DNA from: an uncultured virus (IMG/VR IMGVR_UViG_3300028197_000871)
Lineage: Duplodnaviria; Heunggongvirae; Uroviricota; Caudoviricetes
IMG/VR virus record: IMGVR_UViG_3300028197_000871
DNA length: 20,000 bases
Strand: one strand, 5' to 3'
Positions 8,957-16,681 of the stretch are shown here, piece by piece. A program made the translations under genes and the position numbers. Each line of letters opens with the position of its first letter. The stretch's first letter is position 1. The notes under the pieces are model-generated. The model saw only the letters and a list, made by a program, of their open reading frames with translations, was not told the origin of the DNA and did no database searches.

Positions 8957-9011
8957 CCAGTTGTCTAACTGTCTCATCTCACCTCTGAGAGGGGTAGAGA
9001 TGCCCTATACT
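8956..9011 (+). promoter_or_regulatory. Putative early promoter: palindrome, hairpin and -10 element
   Basis: ACCAGTT-N4-AACTGTC (8956-8973), inverted repeat 8975-9002, TATACT at 9006-9011. Confidence 0.65.
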
Positions 9012-9046
9012 ATCTTTGTTGACCACAGAACACACACTACAAAATC

Positions 9047-10126
9047 ATGGCTCTTTCACCTGAATACATCACCTCTTCACTCACCAATCTTTATGGTTCT
9101 GAAGTAGTTGCTGCTGATGTACGTGCCTGGTGTGCAATGAATGGAACTACTTATCAGACTGTGACTAAAAAACTTGATGACTACAAAGTTGGTCGTGGTA
9201 AGTGGAATCTGACTGTGCAAGAAAAACTAGAACAAAAATATCAAGCACCAGCAGGACTACCTGCTATTGAGCAAAACCTTATCCCAGAGAAAGATGATAC
9301 CTTCGTCAAGTTTGGTAATTTCTCTGATATTAAAAAAATTATTAGCTCCAATCTTTTTTATCCATCATTTATCACAGGTCTTTCTGGTAATGGTAAAACG
9401 TTCTTGGTTGAGCAAGCTTGTGCCCAACTCAAGAGGGAGTTAATTCGTGTCAACATCACCATTGAAACTGATGAAGACGATCTTATTGGTGGTTTTCGTC
9501 TTATTAATGGTGAGACAGTTTGGCATAATGGTCCTGTCATTGAAGCTCTTCAGAGGGGAGCTGTTCTTCTTCTAGATGAAGTTGATCTTGCCTCTAATAA
9601 GATTCTGTGTCTGCAATCTATTCTGGAAGGTAAGGGTATCTTCCTTAAAAAGATTGGTAAGTTTGTCCAACCTAAGAATGGTTTCACTATCATTGCTACT
9701 GCCAACACCAAAGGTAAAGGTTCTGAGGATGGACGTTTCATTGGTACAAATGTTCTGAATGAAGCATTCCTGGAACGCTTTTGTGTTACCTTTGAACAGT
9801 CCTATCCTACTGCTGCTACTGAGCAGAAAATTCTTGAAGGTATTGCTAATGACCTTAATGTGGTTGCCCCTGCTTTCTGTAAGCACTTGGTAGATTGGGC
9901 AGATATCATTCGCAAGACATTCTATGATGGTGGTATTGAAGATGTAATCAGCACACGTCGCTTGATTCACATCATTCGTGCTTACAGTATCTTTGCTGAC
10001 AAGGAGAAAGCAATCAAAGTTTGTATCAATCGCTTTGATGATGAGACCAAAGCATCATTCATTGAACTTTATGACAAAGTAGATGCAGACTTTGATATGA
10101 ATGTTGACAACTCCACTGAAAGTTGA
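9047..10126 (+). CDS. cobS: CobS-like MoxR-family AAA+ ATPase
   Basis: Walker A GLSGNGKT, DEDDLIGG, Walker B LLLDEVD, sensor IATANT, arginine finger AFLERF, ISTRRL. Confidence 0.9.
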   Translation: MALSPEYITSSLTNLYGSEVVAADVRAWCAMNGTTYQTVTKKLDDYKVGRGKWNLTVQEKLEQKYQAPAGLPAIEQNLIPEKDDTFVKFGNFSDIKKIISSNLFYPSFITGLSGNGKTFLVEQACAQLKRELIRVNITIETDEDDLIGGFRLINGETVWHNGPVIEALQRGAVLLLDEVDLASNKILCLQSILEGKGIFLKKIGKFVQPKNGFTIIATANTKGKGSEDGRFIGTNVLNEAFLERFCVTFEQSYPTAATEQKILEGIANDLNVVAPAFCKHLVDWADIIRKTFYDGGIEDVISTRRLIHIIRAYSIFADKEKAIKVCINRFDDETKASFIELYDKVDADFDMNVDNSTES

Positions 10127-10132
10127 TATGAT
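10104..10132 (+). promoter_or_regulatory. sigma70-type promoter for the gp45 operon, overlapping the cobS 3' end
   Basis: TTGACA (10104-10109), 17 bp spacer, TATGAT (10127-10132), extended TG at 10124-10125. Confidence 0.7.
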
Positions 10133-10628
10133 TAATGCATGGTCTATGTTATATGATGAAATGAATGACCTTGACTGGGTAAGTGCAAATGGGGGGTTTG
10201 AGTATACTCCTACTCCCTATGATGTAGCAGAAGGTGGTCTTAATGTAAACATTGGTGTTGGTACAGAACATGATTGGAATGAATTTTGGAGTTCTATGAA
10301 AGAAGACGTGATTGAATTTAACCTTGGCAATAGTCAACCTTGGAAGTATAATGAAGAAGAAATCGTAAAAGAACTTCTTTATTATATCAGAGGAACTTAT
10401 AGTCAACATTATGCTGCTAATGACCAGAACATCCAAACACTAGATTTTATTGAGGCATCTCATGGTGATGGTGAATCATTTGCCAGAGATAACATTCTCA
10501 AATACACTTCTCGTTATGATAAAAAGGGAACACCAAAACGTGACATTATGAAGATCTTGCACTATGCTGTTCTTCTGATGCACTTCAATGAAAAAAACGC
10601 ACCACAACGTGAAATTTACCCACAATGA
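10128..10628 (+). CDS. DUF3310-like protein (T7 gp1.7 nucleotide-kinase-like family); start uncertain (10128, 10146 or 10161)
   Basis: C-terminal QHY...FARDNILKYTSRYDKKG..KRDIMKILHYA resembles the DUF3310 pattern. The N-terminus is acidic. Confidence 0.6.
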   Translation: MINAWSMLYDEMNDLDWVSANGGFEYTPTPYDVAEGGLNVNIGVGTEHDWNEFWSSMKEDVIEFNLGNSQPWKYNEEEIVKELLYYIRGTYSQHYAANDQNIQTLDFIEASHGDGESFARDNILKYTSRYDKKGTPKRDIMKILHYAVLLMHFNEKNAPQREIYPQ

Positions 10629-11299
10629 ATATGAAACTGTCTGAATCAACTGTTAATCTGCTCAAAAACTTCTCTTCTATCAACCAATCCATTCTATTCA
10701 AGCAGGGTAACAAACTGCGTAGTATTTCAGTGATGAAGAACATCCTGGTTGAAGCAGAGATTGCAGAAGAGTTCCCTAAGGATTTTGGTATCTATGACCT
10801 TAATCAATTTCTCAATGGTCTGTCTCTTCATTCTGCTCCTGATCTGGACTTTACTAGGGATGAGTTTGTTGTAATCAAAGAAGGCAAGATGCGTTCTAAG
10901 TATTTCTTTGCTGATCCAACTGTCATTGTATCTCCTCCTGAGAAAGAGATCACTCTTCCTACTGAAGATGTATTTTTTGAACTGTCATCTCAGCAACTGG
11001 AGAAACTGAAGAAAGCAGCATCTGTCTATCAACTCCCTGACATCTCTGTGATTGGTGAGAATGGTGTAATCAAATTGGTTGCACGTGATAAGAAGAATGA
11101 TACTTCCAATGATTTCTCTATCATTGTTGGTGATACTAATAGTGAGTTTGTCTTTAACTTCAAAGAAGAAAACTTAAAGATTATTCCTGGTGCTTATGAT
11201 GTTATTGTATCATCTAAACTCCTGTCACGTTTTACTAATAAGAATGTAAATGTGTGTTATTATATTGCCCTTGAACCTGACTCTACTTTTGAAGCATGA
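10625..11299 (+). CDS. gp45: Sliding clamp (T4 gp45)
   Basis: MKLSESTVNLLKNFSSINQSI, FGIYDLNQFL and YYIALE are typical gp45 segments. Confidence 0.96.
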   Translation: MNMKLSESTVNLLKNFSSINQSILFKQGNKLRSISVMKNILVEAEIAEEFPKDFGIYDLNQFLNGLSLHSAPDLDFTRDEFVVIKEGKMRSKYFFADPTVIVSPPEKEITLPTEDVFFELSSQQLEKLKKAASVYQLPDISVIGENGVIKLVARDKKNDTSNDFSIIVGDTNSEFVFNFKEENLKIIPGAYDVIVSSKLLSRFTNKNVNVCYYIALEPDSTFEA

Positions 11300-11451
11300 C
11301 CAAATGGGAAATAACATATAGGATCCCTTCTACAGGGACCAAGTATCATAAAAAAATTGTTGAATGTCGTTACCAACATGAAGCATCTAAAATTGCTCAG
11401 GCAGAGATGCCTTCAGCTACAATTTGTGGGGGTGCCAGGCGCATCAATTGA
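11296..11451 (+). CDS. Small hypothetical protein (51 aa), absent from the ORF track
   Basis: ATGA overlap with the gp45 stop. MTKWEITYRIPSTGTKYHKKIVECRYQHEASKIAQAEMPSATICGGARRIN. Confidence 0.6.
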   Translation: MTKWEITYRIPSTGTKYHKKIVECRYQHEASKIAQAEMPSATICGGARRIN

Positions 11452-11458
11452 TATTCCT

Positions 11459-11653
11459 ATGAGGGTTGTAGGTAGTGCTCTTGTGATCACTGCCTATTTT
11501 ATTGTCCTTCATGTGAGCGTAACAATTGGTGTGCTTTTGCACTTTGTTGCAGATCTTATATCTGTGCCATACTTTGTAAGAACAAAATCTTGGGATGTGG
11601 TCATTATGCTTGCATTCCTTCTTGCTATATCATTATCTAAATTGTGGACATGA
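11459..11653 (+). CDS. Small membrane protein (about 64 aa, up to 3 hydrophobic segments)
   Basis: MRVVGSALVITAYFIVLHV...WDVVIMLAFLLAISLSKLWT. Stop is coupled to the next ATG. Confidence 0.65.
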   Translation: MRVVGSALVITAYFIVLHVSVTIGVLLHFVADLISVPYFVRTKSWDVVIMLAFLLAISLSKLWT

Positions 11654-11790
11654 ATACTGTACCTAAATTGAGACTGCAAAAAATTGCAGAAGAACTTGGA
11701 GGAACTGTGGTGTATGTTACTTGTTCTGACAAAACAACTACACACCAAAAAATTGTGATAGAGTATGGACATCAGAAGAAAACAAAATGA
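11650..11790 (+). CDS. Small hypothetical protein (46 aa), absent from the ORF track
   Basis: ATGA overlaps at both ends. MNTVPKLRLQKIAEELGGTVVYVTCSDKTTTHQKIVIEYGHQKKTK. Confidence 0.65.
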   Translation: MNTVPKLRLQKIAEELGGTVVYVTCSDKTTTHQKIVIEYGHQKKTK

Positions 11791-12323
11791 ACATCTTTGT
11801 GACTGACCCTGATCCCTGGCAGTCTGCTGTGGTCCTTCCTGACAAGCACATTGTTAAGATGCCCTTAGAGACATGTCAGATGCTCTCCATTGTCTGCTCT
11901 GACAAGTGGGGGCATGGGTTTGGAACCATCCCTAAGGCAGATGGACAACCATACAAGACTGCCTCAGGTGCCTTCAGAAACCATCCCTGCACCATTTGGG
12001 CAAATGAGTTTGTGACCAACTGGCAGTGGTTGCTTGCTCATGGAATGGCATTGTGTGAAGAATATACAGCAAGATATGGTAAGGTTCATACTTGTCACAA
12101 TAGTCTACTTGCAGCAAAAGAAATTCTACCAACTGCAGATCCACAAGGTCGTAGTGGTAAAGAACCAACTCCTTTTATATTTGCAGGACCTGATGAGTTT
12201 AAGTTAGATACTTCAATATCTATTTTTGACAAATACAAGATGTATGTTGCATCTAAACCTTGGGTTAAAGATAACTATCTTAAACTTCCACATCGTAAAC
12301 CTGATTGGATTGATGGACTATAA
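11787..12323 (+). CDS. Pyrimidine-dimer DNA glycosylase / endonuclease V-like protein
   Basis: MNIFVTD...PDKHIVKMPLETCQML, NHPCTIW and LCEEYTARYGKVH match the phage DenV-like family. Confidence 0.75.
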   Translation: MNIFVTDPDPWQSAVVLPDKHIVKMPLETCQMLSIVCSDKWGHGFGTIPKADGQPYKTASGAFRNHPCTIWANEFVTNWQWLLAHGMALCEEYTARYGKVHTCHNSLLAAKEILPTADPQGRSGKEPTPFIFAGPDEFKLDTSISIFDKYKMYVASKPWVKDNYLKLPHRKPDWIDGL

Positions 12324-13020
12324 AATTATTCACAACTTATTAACTCAAGAGGAAGTTAATGACATATATCTAGTAATCAATTCTGTTAATGTAGAATGGC
12401 AGCAAGGTTATGAAACTGTTAGAAACCTTGATAACATTCCAACTACAGCAGAATCTGTAAAAGGTTTCAAGAATTGTATAAGTTTGCTACCATACACTGA
12501 GATAGCAGACATAATTTTTCAGGCAATTGATAAATCACATGATTGGATAAATTTTACTCTTCCAACAGATAGTGAAACACCCTTTGTCTCAAGAACTCCA
12601 ACAGGAGGTTATTATAGACCACATCATGATGCATCAAAAAATGGTCATTTTAGTACCACTATATTCCTAAACAATCCAGATGATTATGAAGGTGGTGAGT
12701 TACAACTTGATTTGAATGGGGAGATTAAGAATGTAAAATTATCTGCTGGTTCTTCTATCACTTATAGAACTGGTATCCCTCATTGCGTCAATGAAGTGAC
12801 AAAAGGAAATAGAGATGTTGCAGTCTTTTGGACTAAGACTGAGTTTCCTGATCAGCATGAATGGATGATTATGGGAGGTATTAGGAAGGCCATGAGTTTG
12901 CTTGAATGCAAAAATCATGCTAACCTTGAGGAAGCAAGGGAGGACCCCTATTTTGTTCTTGCCACTTTGATGCACAATATTGAAAGGAAAACCTTATCCA
13001 AAACTAATGACAACTCGTAA
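12313..13020 (+). CDS. PKHD-type 2OG-Fe(II) hydroxylase (YbiX/PiuC-like)
   Basis: YYRPHHD (HxD), STTIFLNNPDDYEGGEL and PHCVNEVTKGNR (distal His and 2OG-binding Arg). ATG at 12313 overlaps the previous gene end. Confidence 0.85.
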   Translation: MDYKIIHNLLTQEEVNDIYLVINSVNVEWQQGYETVRNLDNIPTTAESVKGFKNCISLLPYTEIADIIFQAIDKSHDWINFTLPTDSETPFVSRTPTGGYYRPHHDASKNGHFSTTIFLNNPDDYEGGELQLDLNGEIKNVKLSAGSSITYRTGIPHCVNEVTKGNRDVAVFWTKTEFPDQHEWMIMGGIRKAMSLLECKNHANLEEAREDPYFVLATLMHNIERKTLSKTNDNS

Positions 13021-13957
13021 TGAATTTGTTTGGGTTGAAAAGTATCGCCCAAAGACAATTGAAGAATGTATTCTCCCTGAAAATACTAAGCAAGCATTCA
13101 TTGACTTTCTTGGTAAAGGAGAAGTACCAAACCTACTGCTGTCTGGACCACCTGGTTGTGGTAAGACAACAGTTGCTAAAGCACTATGTCATCAACTAGG
13201 TGCTGACTATTATATTATTAATGGCTCTGATGAGGGTCGTTTTCTAGACACTGTACGTAACAATGCTAAGAACTTCGCTTCAACTGTATCGCTATCTTCT
13301 CAAGCAAAACATAAAGTCATCATCATTGATGAGGCAGATAACACCACCCCAGATGTACAACTCTGCCTTAGGGCGTTTACAGAGGAGTTTATTGGTAACT
13401 GCAGATTCATCTTCACCTGCAACTACAAAAACAAAATCATTCAACCCCTTCACTCCAGATGTGCAGTCATTGACTTCTCCATCAGAGGAAAGGAGAGACA
13501 GGAAGTTGCAGGACAGTTCTTTAAGCGCACCCAAGAAATCTTGGCTGCAGAAAGTGTTGAATATGATAACAAGGTCCTGGTAGAACTTATCCAGAAACAC
13601 TTCCCTGATTGGAGACGTGTTCTTAATGAGTTGCAAAGATACTCAGTTAGTGGTAAAATTGATACAGGCATCCTGGCAGCATTCAGCAATGTAAAAACAG
13701 ATGAACTATTCAAAAATCTCAGAGATAAAGACTTTCCTAAGGTCAGAAAGTGGGTCGTTGATAATCTGGACAATGATCCTACTGTACTTCTTAGGAGTGT
13801 GTATGATGCTGTTTATTCACACTTGGAAGGTTCTGGGATTGCTGCTGCTGTGCTTGTTATTGCTAAGTATCAATATCAAAGTAGCTTCGTGGCTGACCAG
13901 GAAATAAATATGCTTGCTTGTCTAACTGAAATTATGGTGGAGTGTGAATTCAAATGA
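13007..13957 (+). CDS. gp44: Clamp loader large subunit (T4 gp44)
   Basis: WVEKYRP, Walker A GPPGCGKTT, IIIDEAD, SRC motif, FPDWRR. ATG at 13007 is preferred over TTG at 12980. Confidence 0.96.
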   Translation: MTTRNEFVWVEKYRPKTIEECILPENTKQAFIDFLGKGEVPNLLLSGPPGCGKTTVAKALCHQLGADYYIINGSDEGRFLDTVRNNAKNFASTVSLSSQAKHKVIIIDEADNTTPDVQLCLRAFTEEFIGNCRFIFTCNYKNKIIQPLHSRCAVIDFSIRGKERQEVAGQFFKRTQEILAAESVEYDNKVLVELIQKHFPDWRRVLNELQRYSVSGKIDTGILAAFSNVKTDELFKNLRDKDFPKVRKWVVDNLDNDPTVLLRSVYDAVYSHLEGSGIAAAVLVIAKYQYQSSFVADQEINMLACLTEIMVECEFK

Positions 13958-14241
13958 ATGTAAAAGTATTTCGTATGTCTTCTGGTGAAGATGTGGTTGC
14001 AGAATTCCTTGAAGATAAGGATGAGAGTATCATTGTTATGAATGCAATTGTGGCATTTAATCAAGGAAATGGACAACTTGGGTTTGCTCCTTATGCTCCT
14101 CTCTTGAATAGAGATGAGAAGGAACTGGAGATCAATAAGAAGTGGATCGTTTACATTGCTAATATCAATGATGAACTGATTGAAAAGTATGAGGAGATGT
14201 TCTCTCCAATTAAAACTGCTAGCAAGAAATTGATTCTTTGA
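13954..14241 (+). CDS. Hypothetical protein, probable Sm-like fold
   Basis: MNVKVFRMSSGEDVVAE...LGFAPY; similar to ORF 16758-17087. Confidence 0.75.
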   Translation: MNVKVFRMSSGEDVVAEFLEDKDESIIVMNAIVAFNQGNGQLGFAPYAPLLNRDEKELEINKKWIVYIANINDELIEKYEEMFSPIKTASKKLIL

Positions 14242-14243
14242 AT

Positions 14244-14414
14244 ATGACTAATAAAATGAGAAAGCATCAAATCAAAACTCATTGGTATTATTGGTTTTGG
14301 GGTGTAGCAACTATTGCTGTAGTTTCTGGACAGTTGTTTATTGGTTCTGGATATTATAATATGTCTAGAAGTATTGATAGACTTACTGGGGTATTTTATA
14401 GTGTTACTGAATGA
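14244..14414 (+). CDS. Small single-pass membrane protein (56 aa), absent from the ORF track
   Basis: MTNKMRKHQIKTHWYYWFWGVATIAVVSGQLFIGSGYYNMSRSIDRLTGVFYSVTE. Fills the gap and overlaps the dam start (ATGA). Confidence 0.65.
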   Translation: MTNKMRKHQIKTHWYYWFWGVATIAVVSGQLFIGSGYYNMSRSIDRLTGVFYSVTE

Positions 14415-15259
14415 TGAAGTCACACAAAACACCTCTTCGTTATCCTGGAGGCAAGTCACGTGCTTGCAAAAAGATTGATCCATACATTCCTGATCTCAGA
14501 AACTATGATGAGTTTAGGGAACCCTTTATAGGGGGAGGCAGTGTTGCCATTCACATGACCAAGAAGTTTCCTACTTTGAATGTGTGGGTTAATGATTTAT
14601 ATGAACCTCTAGTAAATTTTTGGAAGCATCTTCAAAAAGATGGTTTTGCTATGAGGCATAAACTTACTGAGTTAAAGTATAAAAACTGTAACCCTAACAC
14701 TGCTAAGGGTCTGTATCTTTCTTCAAAGGAGTACCTTGCAGAAGGTGGGGATGATGATTTTTGGAGAGCAGTTTGTTTTTATGTGGTAAACAAATGTTCT
14801 TTTTCTGGACTGACTGAAAGTTCTTCATTTTCCAAAGCAGCATCAGAAGGTAACTTTTCTCATAGGGGTATTGATAAACTCCCTGGTTATTCAGAGATCA
14901 TTAAGGACTGGAAGATTACTAATTTGAGTTATGAAAAACTCTTTGATGAGCAATCTGAAAGAACTGCTTTTGTATATCTTGACCCACCATATGATATCAA
15001 GGATAATATCTATGGTAAGAAAGGTAATATGCACAAGGGATTTGATCATGATCTCTTTGCAAAAACATGTAACGAATCAGCAGTACATCAACTAATTAGT
15101 TACAACTCTGATCAACTTGTTAAAGATAGATTTACTGGTTGGAATACAGCAGAGTTTAATCACACATATACTATGCGTTCTGTTGGTGAGTATATGAGAG
15201 AACAAAAGAAAAGAAAGGAACTACTGCTTTATAATTATGGAACTCAAGGATTGGCTTAA
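14411..15259 (+). CDS. dam: Dam-family (D12 class) N6-adenine DNA methyltransferase
   Basis: KTPLRYPGGKS, EPFIGGGSV (motif I) and YLDPPY (motif IV). GATC specificity is inferred, not shown. Confidence 0.9.
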   Translation: MMKSHKTPLRYPGGKSRACKKIDPYIPDLRNYDEFREPFIGGGSVAIHMTKKFPTLNVWVNDLYEPLVNFWKHLQKDGFAMRHKLTELKYKNCNPNTAKGLYLSSKEYLAEGGDDDFWRAVCFYVVNKCSFSGLTESSSFSKAASEGNFSHRGIDKLPGYSEIIKDWKITNLSYEKLFDEQSERTAFVYLDPPYDIKDNIYGKKGNMHKGFDHDLFAKTCNESAVHQLISYNSDQLVKDRFTGWNTAEFNHTYTMRSVGEYMREQKKRKELLLYNYGTQGLA

Positions 15260-15617
15260 TTCTATCAACTTCAATAAGGAAAATCTTATTGAAGAAGACT
15301 CCACTCTTATCAAAGAGTATCCACCTTTTATTATCAATAAGTGTTTGTCAGGTCACTTAGATTGTGTGTTGTTTGCTAATGAAATGAACAAGTATCATTT
15401 CCTAGATAAAGATATGCAATATAGTTTTTATCTAAATATATTGAGAAAGAGGAAGAGATTCTCTCCTTGGCTTAGGAAAGATAAAATAACAGACTTAGAC
15501 TATGTAAAACAATACTATGGTTATAGTAATGAAAAGGCATTGCAAGTACTGAAAATTCTATCTCAAGAGCAAATTGAATTTATCAAACAAAGACTTGACA
15601 CTGGTGGAACAAAATGA
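15237..15617 (+). CDS. gp62: Clamp loader small subunit (T4 gp62)
   Basis: YPPFIINKCLS, ANEMN, RKRKRFSPW and KQYYGYS; directly before regA. Confidence 0.92.
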   Translation: MELKDWLNSINFNKENLIEEDSTLIKEYPPFIINKCLSGHLDCVLFANEMNKYHFLDKDMQYSFYLNILRKRKRFSPWLRKDKITDLDYVKQYYGYSNEKALQVLKILSQEQIEFIKQRLDTGGTK

Positions 15618-16051
15618 CCCAAACAACTGAACCCCAAGTTAATTGGTCTCAGGATCAAATGGTTGAGATTAAGTTAAATGAACCTGATGATTTTCTTAAA
15701 GTTAGAGAGACACTGACAAGGATTGGTGTTGCTTCTAGAAAAGAAAAGAAACTCTATCAGTCTTGCCATATTCTCCACAAGCAAGGTAAATACTTTATTG
15801 TTCATTTCAAAGAACTTTTTGCACTTGATGGCAAGTATGCTAATCTGACCATCAATGATGTTCAAAGAAGAAATCGTATTACTAGACTACTAGCAGACTG
15901 GGGTCTGATCACTATTGTCAGTGATGACTCCATTCTGGATATTGCCCCCCTTAACCAAATCAAGGTTTTGTCTTACAAAGATAAGAATGACTGGACCCTT
16001 GAGCAGAAATATAACATTGGTAAGAGAGGTAAGGTAGAGGAAACCACCTAA
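15614..16051 (+). CDS. regA: Translational repressor RegA
   Basis: PDDFLKVRETLTRIGVAS, LYQSCHILHKQGKYFIVHFKELF and RRNRI..LL.DWGL. Confidence 0.96.
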   Translation: MTQTTEPQVNWSQDQMVEIKLNEPDDFLKVRETLTRIGVASRKEKKLYQSCHILHKQGKYFIVHFKELFALDGKYANLTINDVQRRNRITRLLADWGLITIVSDDSILDIAPLNQIKVLSYKDKNDWTLEQKYNIGKRGKVEETT

Positions 16052-16142
16052 ATACAACTGAGACCTTTTCGTGCGGTCTCTACGAAAGTCGGAACAACCA
16101 TACAAAGTGGATGGGTTTTCCCCCTTCCACTTTTTTTCTTTT
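16049..16142 (+). ncRNA. Candidate small structured RNA between regA and hsp20
   Basis: TAAATA late-promoter core (16049-16054), hairpin GAGACC/GGTCTC (16060-16080), then a terminator. No + strand ORF. Confidence 0.4.
16104..16142 (+). terminator. Rho-independent terminator
   Basis: AAAGTGGA-T-GGG...CCC-T-TCCACTTT stem followed by a long T-run (16131-16142). Confidence 0.8.
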
Positions 16143-16146
16143 GTAG

Positions 16147-16210
16147 TATAATTAGTAATGTCAGATGCCTTTGGGTCTGACACTATTACACTTGCTTTTA
16201 AAGGAGAAAC
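16147..16210 (+). promoter_or_regulatory. hsp20 promoter and structured 5' UTR (ROSE-like thermometer candidate)
   Basis: TATAAT(TA) at 16147; hairpin TGTCAGA/TCTGACA (16159-16182); CTTGCTT (16191-16197) can pair with the AAGGAG RBS (16201-16206). Confidence 0.55.
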
Positions 16211-16654
16211 ATGGGAAGTGCAGGAACAGCGTTAAGACGCTATGGAACCCATAATATGGATAAGTTCCTTGACCAAATGACTAGAAATACAATTGGTATG
16301 GATGAATACCTGTCTAATGTTTTTAATACATTTCAGGAAACAAATTATCCTCCATACAATTTGATTCAAGTTAATCAACAAGAGTCTAAATTGGAATTGG
16401 CATTGGCTGGTTTCAAGAAAGAAGAAATTAATGTCTACACAGAATACGGTAAACTCGTTGTTAAAGGCGAGAAGAATAATAAAGAAGAGGAAACAACGTA
16501 TATTGTCCAAGGTCTTGCTCAACGTAACTTCGAGAGGACATGGGCACTCAGCGATGAGACGGAAGTTAGATCAGTTACTTTTGAGAATGGGTTACTAACT
16601 GTTCATTTGAGTAAGATTGTGCCTGAGCATCATGCCAGAAAAGACTGGATCTAA
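16211..16654 (+). CDS. hsp20: Small heat shock protein (Hsp20/IbpA-like)
   Basis: NYPPYNL, LELALAGF, GLAQRNFER and FENGLLTV (alpha-crystallin domain); AAGGAG RBS. Confidence 0.95.
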   Translation: MGSAGTALRRYGTHNMDKFLDQMTRNTIGMDEYLSNVFNTFQETNYPPYNLIQVNQQESKLELALAGFKKEEINVYTEYGKLVVKGEKNNKEEETTYIVQGLAQRNFERTWALSDETEVRSVTFENGLLTVHLSKIVPEHHARKDWI

Positions 16655-16681
16655 ATAATAGAGTATCGTCGTCGCATAGAC

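Noticed and set aside
11357..11458. N-terminal extension of the membrane ORF as given in the track
   Set aside because: It overlaps the better-coupled 11296-11451 ORF; ATG 11459 is more plausible.
16058..16092. Hammerhead ribozyme (CUGAGA...GAAA)
   Set aside because: The core lacks CUGANGA spacing, and stems I/III with an NUH site cannot be built.
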